Assembly: GCA_963734495.1 (NCBI GenBank)
Contig: CAVTHK010000016.1
Coordinates: 224,001-288,000 of the forward strand
DNA: 64,000 nt
Reading direction: 5' to 3'
Source: an uncultured Spirochaetota bacterium
GTDB lineage: Bacteria; Spirochaetota; Spirochaetia; SZUA-6; CAVTHK01
Shown: piece after piece, positions 10,170 to 20,814 of the stretch
How positions within the stretch are numbered: position 1 is the stretch's first letter
How the letters are laid out: each line of letters starts with the position of its first letter
Translations under genes and position numbers: made by a program
Notes under the pieces: generated by a model
Told to the model about the DNA's origin: nothing
Database searches by the model: none
Seen by the model: only the letters and a program-made list of their open reading frames with translations

Positions 10170-10619
10170 ATGTACTCGCTGTTCGTAGCCTACATGCTGT
10201 GGCTCTTCCTCGGCTTCTTCGGAGCGCACCGCTTCTACCTGGGAAGAATCGGAACCGGGCTGTTCTACGCCCTCACTGGCGGAGGGTTCTTTTTCGGGTG
10301 GGCCTTCGACTTTTTTCACATCCCGTCGATGGTCCGCGAGGCGAACCTGCGGCTGAGCTACCACCAGGCCCTGTTCGGCGACACCGCCGCGCGGGCGCTC
10401 CCTCGCGCCAAGGAATCGATCGAGCGGACCATACTCCGGACCGCGCGCCGGAACGGCGGCAAGGTGACCCCGTCGGAAGTCGCGCTCGAGGGCGACTGCA
10501 CGATCGAGCAGGCGGAAAAGGCGCTGGAGAAGCTCGCCGCCTCCGGCCACGCCGAGATGCACATCCGCGACTCGGGCGTGATCGAGTACCGCTTTGTCGA
10601 GTTCGAGCGGGAGTCGTAG
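10170..10619 (+). CDS. TM2-domain membrane protein with possible C-terminal winged helix
   Basis: AYMLWLFLGFFGAHRFYLG TM2 motif. Confidence 0.8.
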   Translation: MYSLFVAYMLWLFLGFFGAHRFYLGRIGTGLFYALTGGGFFFGWAFDFFHIPSMVREANLRLSYHQALFGDTAARALPRAKESIERTILRTARRNGGKVTPSEVALEGDCTIEQAEKALEKLAASGHAEMHIRDSGVIEYRFVEFERES

Positions 10620-10623
10620 AGGC

Positions 10624-11446
10624 GTGCTTCGCTTTGGCGGCCGGGCCCTCGTGATGGGCATCCTCAACGTGACCCCCGACTCGTTCTATCCCGGCAGCCG
10701 CAGGCCCGGGACCGCTGAGGCGGTCGAAGCGGGGCGCGCGATGATCGCCGCCGGCGCGGATATCATCGACGTCGGGGGCGAGTCCACTCGTCCCGGCTCC
10801 GATCCCGTGCCGGCTCAGGTCGAGATGGACCGCGTCTGCCCCGTGATCGAGACGCCTCGCCCGCGAGGGAGCAGTGACGATCTCGATCGACACGTCGAAG
10901 TCTTCGGTCGCGGCGGCCGCGCTCGATGCCGGCGCCGCGATGGTGAACGACGTCACCGCGCTTCGGGGAGACCCGGAGATGAAGCCGCTGGTCGCGCGCC
11001 GCGGAGTGCCGGTCGTGCTGATGCATATGCGCGGGACGCCGAAGACGATGCAGAAGGACCCGCACTTCGCCGACACGATCGGCGGAGGTGCGCGCGGAGC
11101 TCGCGGCGGCGCTGGCCGACGCGCTGGCCGCGGGCATCCCGACGCAGCGGATCGTCCTCGACCCCGGCATCGGGTTCGGGAAGCGGCCCGCGGACAACCT
11201 GCGCTCGTGCGGGACCTTGCGCGCATCCGCGAGCTGGGCTGCGCGGTGCTGATCGGGCTGTCGCGCAAGAGCTTTCTCGGCGTCGTGACGGGACGGCCGG
11301 TCGAGGAGCGCCTGGCGTCCACGATCGCCGCCAACACGATCGCGGTGCTCGCGGGCGCGGACATCGTGCGCGTGCACGACGTGGCGGCGGCCGTGGACAT
11401 GGTGCGGGTCGTCGCCGCGGTCCGCAGCGGAGGCGCCTCGTGCTGA
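10624..11446 (+). CDS. folP: Dihydropteroate synthase; about 3 frameshifts
   Basis: MGILNVTPDSF, GADIIDVGGESTRPG, ISIDT, LMHMRG, DPGIGFGK, GLSRKSF, RVHDV spread across frames. Confidence 0.9.
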
Positions 11447-12234
11447 GCTCTCTCGTGAACGCGAGCCTGATCCGCGACACGCTCAGGCCGGCGCTGGACA
11501 TCCTGATCCTCGCCTTCATCATCTACAAGGGTTACCAGATCCTCGTCCAGACCCGCGCGGTACAGCTCATCAAGGGCGCCTTCACGCTGGCGCTGATCTA
11601 CCTGGTGGCGTTCTTCTTCCAGCTCAAGACGCTGCTGTGGATCCTGAGCCTCTTCGGCCCGGGACTCGTCATCGCGACGGCCATCATCTTCCAGCCGGAG
11701 CTGCGCAAGATCTTCACGCGGCTGGGGCAGGGCCAGTGGTTCCGCTTCCAGACCGAGGCCAGCCCGCAGCAGCTGGAGTCCGTGGTGAACTCGGTGGAGA
11801 TCCTTTCCGATCGCCGCATGGGCAGCCTGATCGTCATCTCGCGCACTGTGGGGCTCAAGAACATCATCGAGACGGGGACGCCGCTGGACGCGGAGCTCTC
11901 CACCCCCCTGATCCTGACGATCTTCCACCCCGACACGCCCCTGCACGACGGCGCGATCGTGCTCAGCGGCGGGCGCATCGTGGCGGGAGGCTGCTTCCTT
12001 CCGCTGTCGGAGCAGACCGACATCCGAAAGAGCTTCGGGACGCGCCACCGTGCCGCTCTCGGGCTGACGGAGGAGACCGACGCCGTCGTCATCGTGGTGT
12101 CGGAGGAGACGGGGGCGATTTCCGTCGCCTACGACGCCAACCTCTTCTACGACGTCCGCGTCGAGGAGCTGCGGGAGCGCCTGGGCCGCCTCTTCGAGCT
12201 CAGCCGCGAAGGAGAGCCTTCCGTTGACGACTAA
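11440..12234 (+). CDS. cdaA: Diadenylate cyclase CdaA
   Basis: N-terminal TMs, IIFQPELR, PLHDGA, GTRHRAALG, VVSEETG. Confidence 0.93.
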   Translation: MLSSLVNASLIRDTLRPALDILILAFIIYKGYQILVQTRAVQLIKGAFTLALIYLVAFFFQLKTLLWILSLFGPGLVIATAIIFQPELRKIFTRLGQGQWFRFQTEASPQQLESVVNSVEILSDRRMGSLIVISRTVGLKNIIETGTPLDAELSTPLILTIFHPDTPLHDGAIVLSGGRIVAGGCFLPLSEQTDIRKSFGTRHRAALGLTEETDAVVIVVSEETGAISVAYDANLFYDVRVEELRERLGRLFELSREGEPSVDD

Positions 12235-13181
12235 GCCCCTGCTCGCCCGCGCCCTCGCGTTCTGGCCCGTCAAGATCCTGGCGCTCGCCGCGGCCGTGCT
12301 TCTGTTCGTATTCAACCGCATGAACAACCTCGAGCAGCGCGCGTTCGACCTGCCTCTGGAGGTGGTCCTGCCCGACGGCTACGTCCTCGCCGACCCGCTG
12401 CGGGAGGGCGCGGTCGTGACCGTCCGCGGCGAGGGCGAGGGCGCGCTGCGCCACGCGACAGCGGAGCAGTTCCGGGCCTGGGTCGACCTGACGAAGTTCC
12501 GCAGGGAGGGTACGTTCGTCGCCGCGGTCCAGTACGAGCGGCGCGACTCGAGCCAGCTCCCCGACGTGTTCGTCGACCGGGTCGAGCCGATGGAGGTGAC
12601 GGTGAGCCTGGAGCGCGTAGCCGAGAGGAGCCTCCCGGTGGTGGCGAACATCGCGGGATCCCCGGAAAAGGGGTACGCGCTCACGCAGTACACGATCACG
12701 CCCCCCATCGTCAGGCTGCGGGGCCCGCGCACGGTCGTCGAGAACACGACCAGCGTGCTCACGGAGGAGATCAATCTCGACGGCGTCACCGAAGACTACA
12801 AGACGCGGGTCGGGCTGCTGCGCTCCAGCCCGCTCACTCACATTCGTGGGCTCGCCCCGGGTGGAGTTCTCGGGCGTGATCACGAAGGTCATGGCGACGC
12901 GCGAGCTCACGGACGTCCCGATCACGCTGGTCAACGCGGACGCGCGCTACAGCTGGGAGGTGCGGCCTCCGCTCGGCCGCCTCGTGCTGAAGGGGGCGGA
13001 GGTCGATCTCGACGGCAGGGCCGTCCAGCCGCCCCGCCTGGTGCTCGACGTAAAGGGCGTGGTCGTCACCGGGCGGCAGACGCGGGTGGCCACGGTCCCG
13101 GAAGCGCCCGATGGGGTGACGGTTGTCGACTACGAGCCCAAGGAAGTGACCGTGATCCGGGAAGCGAAGGTGCGGCAGTGA
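12224..13181 (+). CDS. cdaR: CdaR/YbbR-domain protein; frameshift near 12845
   Basis: WPVKILALAAAVLLF TM, YbbR-like beta-rich domains, directly after cdaA. Confidence 0.8.
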
Positions 13182-13549
13182 TCAGGGGGCTCGGTCTCGA
13201 CGTCGTCAGCATCGACCGCATCGAGCACTGGCGGACAAGGCCGGGAATCCTCGAGCGCTTCTTCCACCCGCAGGAGCTGGAGAGCGCGCGCCGGCGGGGC
13301 CCCATGGAGGCGGCGACTCTCGCCGCGCGTTTCGCGGCCAAGGAGGCCTTCGGCAAGGCGCTCGGCACGGGGCTGGCCGGGCTGTCGCTGCGCGAGATCT
13401 CGGTGATCAACGACGAGCACGGGCAGCCCCACCTGCGCCTGGCGGGCCGCGCGCTCGAGGCACTGGTCGCTTCCGGAGGGTCGCGCGTGCTCGTGACGCT
13501 CACCCATGAGCACGACTACGCGATCGCCGTCGTCGTGATCGAGGCATGA
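13178..13549 (+). CDS. acpS: Holo-ACP synthase
   Basis: GTG 13178; GLGLDVV, LAARFAAKEAFGKALGTG, LTHE. Confidence 0.93.
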   Translation: MIRGLGLDVVSIDRIEHWRTRPGILERFFHPQELESARRRGPMEAATLAARFAAKEAFGKALGTGLAGLSLREISVINDEHGQPHLRLAGRALEALVASGGSRVLVTLTHEHDYAIAVVVIEA

Positions 13550-14510
13550 AAGTGCAGAAGAAAACGACCTATTTCTCGAAGGACGCGATCACCTGTCCCG
13601 CCTGCGAGACCGAGTTCTACCGCGAGGACCTGATGTCGGGCAGCGGGAGGCTGATCGCCGGGAACCTCACTGACGAGCTGCGCCGGGAATATCAGCCGTC
13701 CAAGAAGTTCGGGGAGATCTTCCCGCTGGTCTACACCGTGACGGTGTGCCCCAACTGCGCCTTCGCCGCGCTGCCCCAGGACTTCCTCGCCGCGGACGCG
13801 ACGGTGACGGGCGGGGTGAACGCCACCGAGCGGCGGCGCAGGGAGGCGCTGGAGCTCGTGTTCCCCAACACGGACTTCACGCAGCCGCGCGACCTCCGGG
13901 AGGGCGTTGCCGCCTGCTACCTGGCCGTTTCGAGCTACGACCACTTCCTCAGGCTCGCCTCGCCGACCATCAAGCAGGGGTTGTGCGCGCTGCGCGCGGC
14001 CTGGCTGCTCGAGGAGATGCACCGCAGGGCCCCGAACGAGAACTGGGACTACCTGGCGCTGCTGTTCTACAGGAAGGCCCGCTTCTTCTACCAGACCGCC
14101 GTCGACAAGGAACAGACGGGAAAGGAGCCCCTCGGCGGGCTCGCCAACTTCGGCCCTGACCTCGATCACAACTACGGCTACGACGGCGTCCTCTACCTCG
14201 CCGGGCTGCTGGAGTTCAAGTACGGGCCGCGGAAGGACCCGGCGCGGCGCATCTCGAACCTGGAGCGCGCCCGGCGCGTGATCGGCCGGGTGCACGGCAT
14301 GGGCCGGGTGAGCAAGCTGAAGCCGACGCCGCTGCTGGAGCGGGTGCACGAGCTCTTCGACCGGATGACGGAGGAGCTCAAGGCGCTGGCGGACGAAAGG
14401 GGCGGGGCCGTCCGCCCCGCGACGGCGCCGCGGGGCCGCCCGCGGCCGAGGCCGAGCCGGTCGCGCGGCCCGGGGGCGAGGGCGACGGCCGCGAGGCCGG
14501 CGACCAGTGA
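13546..14510 (+). CDS. DUF2225-family protein; 3' end uncertain (frameshift)
   Basis: CPAC and CPNC pairs, TPR-like helices; lies between acpS and truA; TGA 14508-14510 overlaps truA GTG. Confidence 0.7.
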
Positions 14511-15279
14511 TCGCGCGCCGCACCCTGAAGGTCACGCTGGCCTACGACGGGACGGAGTTCTACGGATGGCAGGTGCAGAGCCCGCGGCAGGACGGTGCAG
14601 GCCGTCGTCGAGGCGGCGCTCGGCCGGATGCACGAGACCCCGGTGCGCGTCACCGCCGCGGGCCGAACGGACTCCGGCGTGCACGCCACGGGGCAGGTGA
14701 TCAGCTTCGAGAGCGGCCTGAGCTCGATCGCCGCCGGAGAGGTTCGCGGAGGCTCTGAATTCCTACCTCCCCTCCGACGTGCGGGCGCTGGACGCCGAGG
14801 CGGTGTCCGACGGGTTCGACGCGCGCCGCTCCGCCTGCCGGCGCGTGTACCGCTACTACGTCTGCTCATCGGCGGTGCTCGCGCCGCACCTGCGGCGCTA
14901 CTGCCTGTGGCGGCGCAGGCGCCCGCGCCTCGCCGCGCTGAACAGGCTGGCGGCGCCGATCCTGGGGACCCACGACTTCTCGACCTTCTCATCGGCCGAC
15001 GACGTCAACGAGACCAAGGTGCGGACGGCGGTCTCTTCGTGCTTCCACGTCCAGGGCGACATGCTCGTCTACACGATCGCCGCCGACCGCTTTCTGCGCC
15101 GGATGGTGCGCAGCATCGTGGGGACGCTGCTCGACATGGAGAGCCGCGACGCGCCCGCGTCGGAGCTGGCCGCGGCTCTCGAGGCGCGCGACCGCTCCCT
15201 CGCCGGCCCGACGGCACCTGCGCGCGGCCTGTTTCTCGAGAGGGTGATCTACGATGACGAGCCGGGAATCGCGTTCTGA
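14507..15279 (+). CDS. truA: tRNA pseudouridine(38-40) synthase; 2 frameshifts
   Basis: [50 protein letters not shown]. Confidence 0.92.
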
Positions 15280-16022
15280 GCTCTGGCGGCTGCTCGACCT
15301 CGACCGAGGACTATCTCGTCGCCGGGTACAGGCGGGAGCACCCCGAGCCCCCGGAGACGCTCGCCGTCCGACGCGACGACGCCCGAGGGGGCGCTCCCGG
15401 CGGGGGCGGCGCGCCGCTGGCGACAGCCTCGAGGCGGTAGCCGCCGAGGTCGCTCGCGTGCACGCGCTGCCCGCTCCACAAAGGCCGCACGCGCGCCGTG
15501 CCGGGCGAGGGCTCGGAACGGCCCCTCGTGATGGTCGTGGGTGAGGGCCCGGGCGCGGAGGAAGACCGGACAGGCCGTCCGTTCGTCGGGCCCGCGGGGC
15601 AGTACCTGGACGAGTGGCTCGCCGCGGTCAGGATCGGGGAGGAGCCCCTGTCCCGCAGGACGAACGCCTACATTGCCAACGTCGTCAAGTGCCGGCCGCC
15701 GGGCAATCGCGATCCCCAGCCGGACGAGGCCGCCGCCTGCCTGGGCTACCTGCGGAGGCAGATCGCGCTGCTGCGGCCGAGAGCGCTGCTGGCGGTCGGC
15801 CGCACGGCGGCGCGCTATCTCCTGGGGATCGAATCGGGGGTCGGCGCCGCCCGCGGCCGGACCTGGCAGTTCGACTCGATCCCCGCGATCGTGACCTACC
15901 ACCCGAGCGCCGTGCTTCGCGACCGGTCGTTGCGGCGCCCCGTGTGGGAAGACCTCAAGGCGCTCAAGGCGCTGCTGGACCAGCCGCGGTCTTCCGCGGC
16001 CTCCGGAGCGTCCGACAGGTAG
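15254..16022 (+). CDS. Family-4 uracil-DNA glycosylase; frameshifts near the N-terminus
   Basis: [34 protein letters not shown]. Confidence 0.88.
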
Positions 16023-16029
16023 CCGGACA

Positions 16030-18054
16030 ATGGCTGACACCGAAGACGGCGTCCGGGAGACCGCGGCGGCCGCGCGCCCCGACGCCGGCAGCCCGGCTCC
16101 GGCAGGCGACCGCGTGCAGGTCGTCTTCAACCTGCCCGTCGACCGCGCCTTCACGTACGCGATGCCCGAAGGCTCGGAGCCGGCACGGCCCGGCGTGCGG
16201 GTGCGCGCGCCCTTCGGGAGGCGCACGCTCACGGGCGCCGTCGTGTCCGTCGGCGCGGAGGCGGCCGCCGGCCCCTACGAGATCCGGCCGGTCGACCGGG
16301 TGGTCGATGCGAAGCCCATCTTCGGCGAGCGCGAGCTCGACCTGGCCCGCTGGATGTCGCGCTTCTACCTGTGCTCGCTCGGCGAAGCGCTGTTCACGAT
16401 GCTCCCCGGCGGGAGGCGCGAGAGCGAGAGCTCCGGCGTCGACGTGGAGCCGGCGGGGCGTCCCGAGCTCGAGCTGACCGAGCACCAGCGCCGCGCGATC
16501 GAGCGGATCCTCGCGGGCGGCGAGGGCGCCTTCTACCTGTACGGCGTGACCGGCTCGGGCAAGACCGAAGTGTTCCTCCGCGTGGCCAAGGAGGTGCTTG
16601 CGTCGGGCCGGGGCGTGATCTACCTGGTGCCTGAGATCTCGCTCGTGCACCAGGTGGCCCGCATCTTCACCGCGGAGCTCGGGCCTCGCGTCGTGGAGAT
16701 GCATTCGGGGCTCTCGCCTTCGCAGCGGCTGCGCACATGGACCCTGATCCGCGACGGGGCTGCGGACCTGGTGATCGGAGCGAGGAGCGCGGTGTTCGCG
16801 CCGCTGCCGCGCCCCGGGCTGATCATCCTGGACGAGGAGCACGAAGGGTCATACAAGGCGGGGTCCGCGCCGCGGTACCATGCGCGCCAGGTCGCCTTCC
16901 ACCGCGCGCGCACCCAAGGGTGCCGCCTCCTGATGGGAAGCGCGACGCCGTCGATCGAGGCCCTGCACAGCATGCAGGAGGGAACGATCGTCCGGCTCGA
17001 GCTGCCCGAGCGTCTCGCGGGCGGGCGCCTTCCTTCGATAGAAGTGGTGGACATGAAAAAGGAGTCCGGCGTGCTGTCGCGCGCGCTGCTCGACGCCCTG
17101 AGGGAGGTGCACGCCGAGGGCAGGCAGGCGATCCTTTTTCTCAACCGGCGGGGCTTCTCCTACTACTTCTACTGCCGCTCGTGCGGGTACGAGATGAAGT
17201 GCCGCCGCTGCTCCGTGGCCCTCACGTACCACAAGGCGCGCGACCGCATGATCTGCCACTACTGCGGAGCGAGCGCGGCGCCGGTGACGGTCTGCCCGGA
17301 GTGCGGCTCGCTCGACATGGGCAGCTCGGGCTTCGGGACCGAGAAGATCGAAGAGGAAATTCAAGGCATCTTCCCGGAGATGCGGGTCGCGCGGCTCGAC
17401 ACGGACACGGCGAGGCGCAGGAAGGTCCTGAAGTCGACGCTCGCGAAGTTCCGCGCCGGGGAGCTCGACGTGCTGGTCGGCACGCAGATGGTGGCCAAGG
17501 GCCTCGATTTCCCGGGCGTCAAGCTGGTAGGGGTGGTGAACGCCGACACCGGGCTGCAGCTTCCGGACTTCAGGGCGCTCGAGCGCACCTTCGCGCTGAT
17601 CGTGCAGGTGTCCGGCCGGGCGGGCCGCATCACGCCGGACGGCAGGGTCATCGTGCAGACCCTGCGGCCCGAGACGGGCGTGATCCAGCGAGCGGCCCGC
17701 AACGAGGCGGCGGCCTTCTACGCCGAGGAGATGGACCTGCGGCGGACGCTTCGATTCCCGCCGTTCTGGCGGCTGGTGCGCCTGCTGGTCCGGGGCCGGG
17801 ACAGGAAACGGGTCGAGGAGGCCGCCGCGCGGGCCGCGGCGACCGCGCGCGACTGCTGCGGCGGGGCCGCGGAGGTCCTCGGGCCCGCCGAGTGCCCGCT
17901 CGCGATGATCGCCGGGAACCACCGCATCCACGTGCTCCTGCGCAGCGAGCGGCTCGGCCCCGTGCACGAGGCTGCCCGCGCCGTCAGCCGCGAGTGGCGC
18001 AAGGGGACGGGAGTCTATCTCGAGATCGACGTCGACCCCGTCTCGCTCCTGTAG
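16030..18054 (+). CDS. priA: Primosomal protein N' (replication restart helicase)
   Basis: GVTGSGKTEV, DEEH, SATPS, four CxxC pairs, GTQMVAKG, QVSGRAGR. Confidence 0.96.
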   Translation: MADTEDGVRETAAAARPDAGSPAPAGDRVQVVFNLPVDRAFTYAMPEGSEPARPGVRVRAPFGRRTLTGAVVSVGAEAAAGPYEIRPVDRVVDAKPIFGERELDLARWMSRFYLCSLGEALFTMLPGGRRESESSGVDVEPAGRPELELTEHQRRAIERILAGGEGAFYLYGVTGSGKTEVFLRVAKEVLASGRGVIYLVPEISLVHQVARIFTAELGPRVVEMHSGLSPSQRLRTWTLIRDGAADLVIGARSAVFAPLPRPGLIILDEEHEGSYKAGSAPRYHARQVAFHRARTQGCRLLMGSATPSIEALHSMQEGTIVRLELPERLAGGRLPSIEVVDMKKESGVLSRALLDALREVHAEGRQAILFLNRRGFSYYFYCRSCGYEMKCRRCSVALTYHKARDRMICHYCGASAAPVTVCPECGSLDMGSSGFGTEKIEEEIQGIFPEMRVARLDTDTARRRKVLKSTLAKFRAGELDVLVGTQMVAKGLDFPGVKLVGVVNADTGLQLPDFRALERTFALIVQVSGRAGRITPDGRVIVQTLRPETGVIQRAARNEAAAFYAEEMDLRRTLRFPPFWRLVRLLVRGRDRKRVEEAAARAAATARDCCGGAAEVLGPAECPLAMIAGNHRIHVLLRSERLGPVHEAARAVSREWRKGTGVYLEIDVDPVSLL

Positions 18055-18140
18055 GGCGCCCGGGATCGGCGCGGCGGGCCCGGCTGCCGGGCCGCGCCGC
18101 TCCGGGCAGGCCGCCGCCACCTTGCGCCCCGCCGCGGATT

Positions 18141-18185
18141 CCTTGTTGACCCTTGTTGACGGCGCGCCGAGACGGTTGCTATACT
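18141..18185 (+). promoter_or_regulatory. Promoter of pcnB with a tandem 10-bp duplication
   Basis: CCTTGTTGAC twice (18141-18160); TTGACG-18nt-TATACT. Confidence 0.55.
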
Positions 18186-18232
18186 GCCGGCCAGAATCGA
18201 AGGGTCCGAGACTCGTCGGCTGGACAGGAATC

Positions 18233-19577
18233 TTGCTGCTTCGCTACGGAAAATCATCGAGGGGCCACGTCATACGGAAGGCCCGGATCTACACGCTTCA
18301 GGAGCACGGCATCCGCGCGGACATGATCGACCCGGACGCCGTGTGGATCATCCGCAGGCTCGCCGAGGCCGGCCACCGCGCCTACGTCGTCGGGGGGCGC
18401 CATCCGCGACCTGCTCCTCGGCAAGAAGCCGAAGGATTTCGACGTGGCGACCGACGCCCAGCCCAACCGGATCCGGAGGCTGTTCCGGCGCTCGCGCATC
18501 ATCGGCCGCCGCTTCCGCCTGGTTCACGTCTACTTCGAAAGCGGCAAGATCCTCGAGGTGTCCACGTTCCGCGCGGGGGGCGAGACCACGGACGGCGCCA
18601 ACATCTACGGGACCCTCGCCGAGGACGTGATGCGGCGCGACTACAGCATGAACGCGTTGTTCTACGACCCGGTCAAGGAGCAGCTGGTCGACTACGTCGA
18701 CGGTTTGCACGACATCAGGCGGCGCCGTCTGCGGATCCTTTCGCCCCCGAAGATCTCCTTCGCCGAAGATCCCGTGCGGATGCTGCGCGCGGTCAAGTAC
18801 GCGGCGCCGCACCGGCTCAAGATCCCCCTGCCCATCAGGATGGCGATCCGACGGCAGCGGGCGAGCCTGCTCGAGTGCTCCGCGGACCGCCTGACCGAGG
18901 AGTTCAACAAGATCGCCGGCTCGGGCCACTGCGCGGCGATCCTCCGACTCTCGCGCAAGCTCGGCATTTTCGACGTGCTCTTCCCGAAGGTCGCCGCCGT
19001 GCTCTCGACGCCGGCGGCCGAGGAGGAGCTGTTCACCCGGCTCGAACGGCTGGACGAGAAGGGCGACGCGGATCGCGTCGCAGTTCTCCTCGCGTTCTTC
19101 GGCGAGGTCGCGCGCGCTGCCGCGCAGGCCGAAGGGGCCACCATCCTGTCGTTCCAGGCCGCGCTCAAGGAGGCGGCCGCGCCGCTGCGCCTGCCGAACA
19201 GGGATACGCTCGAGGCCGCGCACAGGGTCCTCGGGCGCAGGCATCCGCGGGCGGGCGTGCAGCAGGAGGCCGACGGCGAGCGCGGGAAAGCCGGCGCCGG
19301 CAGACGGCGGCGGCGGAGAGCGCGCGGCGGCTCGCGGGAGCGGCAGGAGGCCGGCGCGGGCGACGGGCTCGCCGAGGCGCCGGCCGGCGAGCGCGCCGGC
19401 CAGCCGGACGGCAGGCAGACCCGCGCCGCCCGGCCCGAAGGGCCTGCACCGGCGGGATCCGGAGTCCAGGGGGAAGGCGGCGAGGTCCGCCGTAGCCGCC
19501 GGAGGCGCAGACGGCGCCGCGGCGGTCAGCGCAGCGTCGACATCCGGGCGAGCAAAGAATCGACCTTGTCGCCGTAG
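18233..19577 (+). CDS. pcnB: Poly(A) polymerase I; frameshift in a G run near 18395
   Basis: TTG start; VGG..RD, KDFDVAT, PAP signature IIGRRFRLVHV, EVSTFR, RRDYSMNAL, EDPVRMLRA. Confidence 0.88.
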
Positions 19578-20695
19578 GCCTTGGGGTTCGCGGCGCGCGC
19601 CTCGAGCAGCCACGCGCGCGACTGCTCGTACGAGTTGAGAGCGAACGCGTTGACGCCGAGGGCGTACTTGGTCACGGCGGGGTCGGCGCCCAGCTCGAGC
19701 GCGCTCTTGAACAGCACCTCGGCGCTTCGGTAGTCCTTGCCCGCGTACTTCGCAAGCCCCATGTAGTAGTAGGGCACGTAGTTGTCCGGCTCGATCCGCA
19801 TGGCGTGGACAAAGGCCTCCTCGGCCTTGTCGAACTCCTGCCGCGAGTAGAGATCGGTGCCCTCGGCGACGAGCTCGTTGAACCCCTTGAGCCCCTGGAC
19901 GAACCCCTGGTACGCGCGCTCCAGCTTCGGCTCTTCGAACCAGGCAAAGGCGCGCTCGCGGACCCTGGCGGAATTGTCGGCCACGTTCAGGGCGGGATCC
20001 ATCGCGCTGAGCGAGTCCCAGTAGATGCGGTTCAGATTCGGGTCCTGGCTGTCGAGCAGGAGGCTCACGAGCGCCCAGGCCTGCGGATAGAAGGTCTGGA
20101 TCTGGGCGCGGGCGGCTTCGTTGTCGAGGAGGATCAGCTTGGCCACCGGCAGCGCCTGCGGCGAGGCGACCGCCGCCTTGAGGGACTCGAGCCAGGCCAG
20201 GTCGGGCTTGAACTGGAAGCGTCCGGTCTCCGCGTTGAACGTGGAGCGCTCGAAGTAGGCGGCCGTGCCTTCGCGGATCCACACGGGCGGGTTCGGCACG
20301 GCGCCCTTGAGGAACTGGATGCACGCCTGGTGCAGCAGCGAAGTGTCGAACTGGACCTCGTCGGCCATGGCGTAGGCGACCAGCTCGCTCTTGGCCGCGT
20401 CCGCATAGTGGATGTACACGAAGTCCGTGCGCGTCTCCTTGATGATCGAGGCGATGTACCCGTCAAAGCTCTTCTTGTCGCCGAAGAGGGTGGCCCGCAG
20501 CTTGTCCGCCGGCGCGAAGTGGAACACTCCGGCAAACAGCGCGTAGGCGCCTTCGAGCTTCGCGAGGGTGGTGTCGACGATCGCGCCCGTCACGTCCGTG
20601 GTCAGGCGGTAGTGCTCGGAGTCGCGGGTCGTGGTCTCCGCGCCTGCCAGCGCAGCAGCCGCCAGAAGGGCAATCAGCACCATCGTGCGTCTCAT
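19526..20695 (-). CDS. Secreted protein: degenerate gluzincin/DUF1570-like domain plus C-terminal TPRs
   Basis: Signal peptide MRRTMVLIALL; LLHQACIQF...PVWIREGTAAYFE; about 3 TPRs. Confidence 0.7.
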   Translation of the reverse strand: MRRTMVLIALLAAAALAGAETTTRDSEHYRLTTDVTGAIVDTTLAKLEGAYALFAGVFHFAPADKLRATLFGDKKSFDGYIASIIKETRTDFVYIHYADAAKSELVAYAMADEVQFDTSLLHQACIQFLKGAVPNPPVWIREGTAAYFERSTFNAETGRFQFKPDLAWLESLKAAVASPQALPVAKLILLDNEAARAQIQTFYPQAWALVSLLLDSQDPNLNRIYWDSLSAMDPALNVADNSARVRERAFAWFEEPKLERAYQGFVQGLKGFNELVAEGTDLYSRQEFDKAEEAFVHAMRIEPDNYVPYYYMGLAKYAGKDYRSAEVLFKSALELGADPAVTKYALGVNAFALNSYEQSRAWLLEARAANPKAYGDKVDSLLARMSTLR

Positions 20696-20814
20696 CGCTC
20701 GTCTCCTCGTTCTACACGCAAAAGGATAGTCCCCGTGCGTATGCCTGTCAAACCAAAAACGCGCGCGCACGGGCGAATTCGGCCGGAATTGCCCCGCTGG
20801 TGCGCGTGTGCGGC

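Noticed and set aside
10594-12234. Apparent FolP-CdaA fusion ORF
   Set aside because: FolP motifs switch frames and end at TGA 11446; cdaA starts separately at 11440.
12224-13549. Apparent CdaR-AcpS fusion ORF
   Set aside because: Produced by the indel near 12845; acpS has its own GTG overlapping the cdaR TGA.
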